DNA of 63,973 bases, counting the filler, from Licmophora abbreviata (taxonomy: Eukaryota): the NCBI GenBank assembly GCA_900291995.1. It is 18 parts of 18 records of this genome, joined end to end, with 100 filler letters (N's around TTAATTAATTAA, not from the genome) between each part and the next. Parts side by side here need not be neighbours in the genome. Positions count along the whole stretch, not along the records: positions 59,013 to 60,632 come from OLMU01003559.1; positions 60,733 to 62,690 come from OLMU01003560.1; positions 62,791 to 63,973 come from OLMU01003606.1; 15 more parts are not named here. One strand, 5' to 3'. The position numbers and the translations under genes are program-made. This document shows positions 59,013 to 63,973 of this stretch, one piece after another. The notes beneath the pieces were generated by a model. That model worked only from the letters and a program-made list of their open reading frames with translations, had not been told where the DNA came from and did no database searches. Within the stretch, counting starts at the first letter, position 1. Each line of letters begins with the position of its first letter.

Positions 59013-60414
59013 ATCACCGACTGCCCATAGAGAGGGCTTTCCTTGGGTCGCTAACAGAATTGAGTAAGTAGAACTCATCATCTGTCTGTGGTGCGAACTC
59101 GTCGCATCTCATTTCCCCTTGCTATCTGGGCGACTGTGCTCGTGCAGGGACCTTGCGGATTGACCTCACTTTGTTTGACAATGACGGTATTCCAACTTAC
59201 ATTGGCCTCCTGACAAATCTGGGTAAGTTCTGTTAATTTCGGGTGATTTTCTTCCACCAAAAGGGCAACTAACAACGAACGTTTCTCGTGTTCATTATTC
59301 AGAGGTGTTTGACTGCGCCTTCGCTTTTTTCGACGGCCGCCTTGACAGCGACATGTGGACCGACATGAAAGCCTTGCGTGAGTGAAAATATTTCCGGTAT
59401 GCAGGCGAATGGTTACTTTGCTTGTGGCGAATCTCACAAGCTCGTTGATTTTATTCGTTGTCAACCTTACAGGAAGTCTAGAAATCAGCGGAAACAATTT
59501 CCAGACAAGTGTCCCCTCGCAACTTTCCACACTGCCGAACCTACGTAAGTATTCTTTGCAACACTGACGCTAGAGGTATAATACGACGATGTGTCTCACG
59601 AAGGTGCTTTGTCATCATTGTCACTCAGAGTTCTTCTACGCGGTGAGCGTCGGGTTGACCGGCGATCTTTCATTCATGCAAGACTTCACAGTGCTTGGTG
59701 AGTATACCAGTGTCTGATTCATGAAATCGCGCCTTATGCTGTTCTCAAAACGTAATGACTTTTTTTCTGATTTTCAGATGAAATTTGGTTGGACGAGAAT
59801 CCGGAGTTGGTCGGGGAGATTCCACCGACCCTGCACGAGATCCCAACACTTTGTAAGTCACGGTGCTTTTTCCTTGTGTGAAGCATCAATTGAAGGCAGA
59901 CGCTGTTTTCCTCACGTTCTTCCTTTCTCGTCCATAGCGAGCGTTTCCTTCATCGACTGCGGCTTTTCGGGAACTTTGCCGTCAGAACTTGGCCTTGTGT
60001 CCAATATGGGTAAGTATCCTCGTATCGAGCAGCTATTTGGCCAAACACTCGATCGCAACTAACAGACGATAACTGCTTCTGTTCTTACTTGCAGTGAATC
60101 TGTGGGTATATGGCAATCCGTCACTGACAGGTCCCGTCCCAACCGAGATTGGGAATCTTCAGCTTCTAGGTAAGCTTGTGCCATGAAACAGAGTACACGC
60201 TCGTCGTTGCGCTTGACGCGTCTCTCACATGATACCCTATTGTCGACTTTTGAAGAGACCTTTACACTGGATGACACGAACATTGGCGGGACGATGCCAG
60301 AAGAAGTGTGCGACCTTTTTGAGACTGGAGTTCTCGAAGAGCTGGTGGCAGATTGCCGCGGAAAGGAACCGGAAGATTGAATGCAGCTGCTGCACGAGGT
60401 GCTTGCGCTCTTGA
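59013..60414 (+). CDS. Intron-rich plant-type LRR protein with Cys-rich C-cap (5' truncated)
   Basis: Exons 59013-59063, 59148-59222, 59303-59377, 59473-59544, 59629-59697, 59778-59852, 59938-60009, 60095-60169 and 60256-60414 encode LRRs (e.g. FSGTLPSELG, LTGPVPTEIGNL); cap LVADC...IECSCCTRC (1-bp shift ~60370). Confidence 0.85.
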
Positions 60415-60732
60415 TTTGGCGTGACACGACAAACAAGCTGTATGAGCAGACATAGTAGATATAAAAGCGGGACGAGCGCATTTCGCTCCCATCCGTATCT
60501 TTAGCGAAAAGTATATAGGCAGTATCCTACGAAGGATTTTATACGTCTAGTGCGGCTTAGGTACGTGACCATCGACGTAAAAGTTTCGTGTCGCCGAAGG
60601 AATCTCCACTTCTGTGCCCGCCATGCCTTGCGNNNNNNNNNNNNNNNNNNNNNNNNNNNNNNNNNNNNNNNNNNNNTTAATTAATTAANNNNNNNNNNNN
60701 NNNNNNNNNNNNNNNNNNNNNNNNNNNNNNNN

Positions 60733-61094
60733 CCAAACGCCATGTCCAGCATGTCTTCCTCGTCTTCAGACGGCTCGGGCAGACTGTCGTACACGCTCAC
60801 CGGCAGTATCACGTGACAAGTCGAACAGGCACACACGCCCTCACACGCGCCTTCCAAATTCCAGTCCTCACTCTGGTATCGATGCGCGAGCTGCAATATC
60901 GTCTCACCCACACGCGCCTCGACAGGAAATCGCTCCTTGTCGCCAGTTTTGACAATTGTGAGAGGCACCGTCGGAGCGTCAGGGCCCGGGCCTCCACCGT
61001 GCCATCGCGCAGAAGCGAGAGCGGATGGCGTGATTTCTAAGGAGCACGGTCGGCCCAATCGCCTACTTCGTAGACAAGAAAGGATTGTCCTCAT
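60733..61094 (-). CDS. Mitochondrial [2Fe-2S] ferredoxin (adrenodoxin/FDX2-like), 3' truncated
   Basis: Arg/Ser-rich presequence; EGACEGVCACSTCH; EEDMLDMAF. Confidence 0.92.
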
Positions 61095-61497
61095 AGCTAT
61101 AGGTGTGTAAACAGATGTAAATTGCACGCAGCCAGCAACAAACGGCGTGGCTTTGGTGCAATACGGAAATCCTCAACTGCACATTGAACATACCATCGGC
61201 GCCGCAGAGCTCTCGTCGCGGGTCCGGTCGTCGTTTAGAATCCACACGTCACCCACGTCAGTATCGGACGCCGCAAGGAATCCCATGACACGTCACAGCA
61301 AACAATTTGATACTGCGCTGCGAGCGATTGACACTTTCTCCTCAAACTCAGTCACACTTTTTCGAACACTGCATGTGACAAATGATGGCAACTCGTGAAT
61401 GACTTGGCTTAAGAGCAACTCAACATTGCGATTCAATCGCACAGCCTCATCACTCCCACACTGTGATTGCCCGATCAATAGCAAGGATCCTGTACGA

Positions 61498-62690
61498 ATG
61501 AGCAAGGACGGAAAGCCCTCGCGGTCGTTGCGTTTCCGAACGCTTGCATATTCGTCGACTGTGGTGCTGCTCGTCGGGGCGCACTATTTCACAATCCTCA
61601 CAAAGTTTCGGCCCTATCAAGCGAACGTGCCAGGATTTTCTGCTGGAACAGTGGATTCGAAGCCTCTCACAGTGGAAATCGGTGATGACTTTACTGTCAC
61701 TGCTCTTCCACTTGTGTGGGACTACAAGCTAGTCGCATCGCAAACAATTGAAGAAGGCACAATCCCGGGACCGTACATTGAGAGATCACTGCACCGATCA
61801 CAAGATAATTACCCAGAAGAGTGCATTCCGCTGAAAGAATGGCATAGTAGCTTGCACCCAGCATGTTCTCTGTTTCACGAGATCGATTTAGTGACGGGAC
61901 TCGCAGACTATGCGAGAAACGAATCGCAAGTGGAGGTTGTCGGACGTGGCATGGTGCGGCACGTTTGGATGGCGCACGATTACAGTGGTGTGCGATTTGC
62001 CTTGAAGACGGTCCGAAAAAGTTTCTCGTCGTATGCAATGTTCAAGCATCGCCAGGATGCCCTTTTACACGAGGCGCTTTCCAGCTCGGAATACATTGCT
62101 CCAATATATGGGTAAGAATGTCGGTGCATGGTCGTGTGGCGTCTGTAGATTGACGCGAGACTCACCCCTTAGCCGCCTTCTCCCGCCCAAAGTTTCTGTG
62201 CGACATCAGCTATTCATGATTTCAGTACTGGCCACCTGGGGCAGCTGCTTGAGAAGAAGGAGCATCCGCCCTCAGACGAAGAACGGCTCAGACTTGCTCA
62301 CAGACTAGTTTCGGCTGTCGCCGATGTGCACAATGAAGACTCCCTTGGACGAGCAACATCAGCCATGACAGATATCAAACCCGACAACTTCTTTCTAGGC
62401 GATGGGGGATACGTCATGAGTGACTTCAATCGTGCCCGCTTCCTGAGATGGAATGTGAAAACGAATGAGCATTGTGGGTTCACGTTCGCAAGCAATAAAG
62501 GACGGGTAAGAATTTTGGCGGTGTTGTGGCGATCCTTTTGAGGATGAGAGATTCTCTAACAGAGTGATTTTTTTGTCTCTGCTGTTGTATCAGTGGAGGT
62601 CACCCGAGGAATATCTCATGCAGAATGAGACTGAGAAAGTTGATCTCTTTTCAACGGGGCTCATGTTGTACTCCCTCTTGACATGGGACG
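61498..62690 (+). CDS. Type II membrane secretory-pathway protein kinase (PKDCC/VLK-like), 3' truncated
   Basis: N-terminal TM; GRG..R.VW, ALK, IYGFC, DIKPDNF, SDFN, WRSPEE, EKVDLFSTG; introns 62112-62192 and 62506-62593. Confidence 0.78.
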
Positions 62691-62790
62691 NNNNNNNNNN
62701 NNNNNNNNNNNNNNNNNNNNNNNNNNNNNNNNNNTTAATTAATTAANNNNNNNNNNNNNNNNNNNNNNNNNNNNNNNNNNNNNNNNNNNN

Positions 62791-63973
62791 TTTTTCTTCT
62801 TGTCACTGTCAATAGCCGCATCGTCCGAGGTCGAGTTACGAGTACGGCGCTCTCCGTCGATCGAGGAGGTTGTCAGGCTTGAAGCGACACTCTCTGGGTC
62901 GGAGCGCGACTCCGATGCAGCTTTGTCTTCTTCCATCTTGCGTTCTTTCTCTTGCAGGTCAGATCTTGCTTTGGCGATAGCCTCCTCTTTCTCCTTCGTA
63001 GATTTGACAAGATGACGGACGTAATCAGCACACCTGAGAGACGAATGAAGGAGGAAATAGAAGTTAGCGCTAAGCCCAGAGCAAAATCCATCGAGTGAAA
63101 TGTACAGCGTAGCCCCACTTACGTTGAAAGAGTGTGATACTTGCTCTTGGTTTCGATTTCCCAACCATCATTCTCCATGCTGGACCGTAGCTCATCGATG
63201 AGCTGTGTGATTTTATGAGCGCGCTTTTGCTCTCGCATATTCCTTTCAAGACCGGCGTACTTCCTTGTATGACGCCCGTCAATAAGCTTTACCGATGGAT
63301 CCAAATGAAATCGCCCAGATTCGATGACAGCGGGAAGACACGATTCTCTGTGGCGTTCAACTGAGGATGAAATCCGTTCACGGCCATGCCGTAGTGAAGT
63401 GAGTTATTGTCTTCCTGTACTGGAAGATTGTACATTCTCTGCGATTGCAGAAAGTTATGACGCAACTCGGTGGGAGCGTCGAACAAATGAAACGGGGGTA
63501 GGGACGTGGCATCACTGCCAGAAGGAAACGTCGATTTTCTCTTCTGTGACGACTTCGTGTTCGGCGCCTGCACTCTTTTCTTGGCACCGGTGATGGGAGC
63601 AGCGGCGGGGCCGCTAGTGCGGCGGACATAGCCGTATTTGTCATCTTGGTGGGTGCTCTTTGGTTGATTTGGGTCGTTGCAGCCGATGCAGCAACGTTCG
63701 AAGACATCAAGGATGCGAGCATCTGTTGCTGATGCATTGCTTGAAACAGCGCCACAAGATCTGGATTCGTTGTGTTTAGGAACGGCTGAGCAGCACCGGT
63801 CATGTTGGCGAACAGAAACGGGTTCGCTCCCATGAGATCGTTGGCCAAAGGAACGTATTGAGGACAGTTGGCAGAGGACTGTATTCCGAGGGGATGCAGT
63901 TGCGGCGTAGTTGCGGGAGCTCGGCCTTGCTGTCCAACGGGCGGAAGCGACGCTTGAGCTTGCTGCTGAGCAG
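62791..63973 (-). CDS. bHLH transcription factor (partial at both ends, with frameshifts)
   Basis: RNMREQKRAHKITQLIDELR...KSKYHTLST|CADYVRHL; intron 63034-63122; Q/A/P/M-rich upstream region. Confidence 0.8.

Larger units (their letters stand above)
7301..62790. other. 17 artificial 100-bp contig spacers (44N-TTAATTAATTAA-44N)
   Basis: Identical blocks starting at 7301, 10788, 13465, 18226, 21358, 23966, 29406, 33408, 35092, 36636, 43874, 46555, 50030, 56657, 58913, 60633 and 62691; the 12-mer is a six-frame stop linker. Confidence 0.98.

Overview
Eukaryotic nuclear DNA, most likely a diatom: bipartite ASAFAP-type plastid presequences, short GT-AG introns, and diatom-type LRR and P/T/S-repeat proteins. 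The window is 18 short contig pieces joined by 17 artificial 100-bp spacers (44N-TTAATTAATTAA-44N). Several flanks overlap, so some neighbours are truly adjacent, and scattered 1-bp indels look like sequencing errors. About 38 gene-dense loci are present: housekeeping genes (plastid ClpP, uL11m, bS16m, COPE, ALG9, ATE1, ferredoxin), transcription factors (HSF, bHLH), glycan-modifying enzymes and several ion channels. The most unusual features are (1) a ~4.1-kb gene for a four-repeat, 24-TM channel built from Kv-like units whose GYG filters are replaced by an acidic E/E/D/E ring; (2) a kinesin gene that splices in frame to give two tandem degenerate motor domains sharing an intron position; (3) an LRR gene with one repeat per symmetric phase-1 exon; (4) a decayed iota-carbonic anhydrase fragment; (5) a head-to-head bestrophin pair; and (6) a possible glycan-modification gene neighbourhood. 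No rRNA, tRNA, CRISPR array or clear transposon was seen. All calls come from reading motifs by eye; no database search was run.
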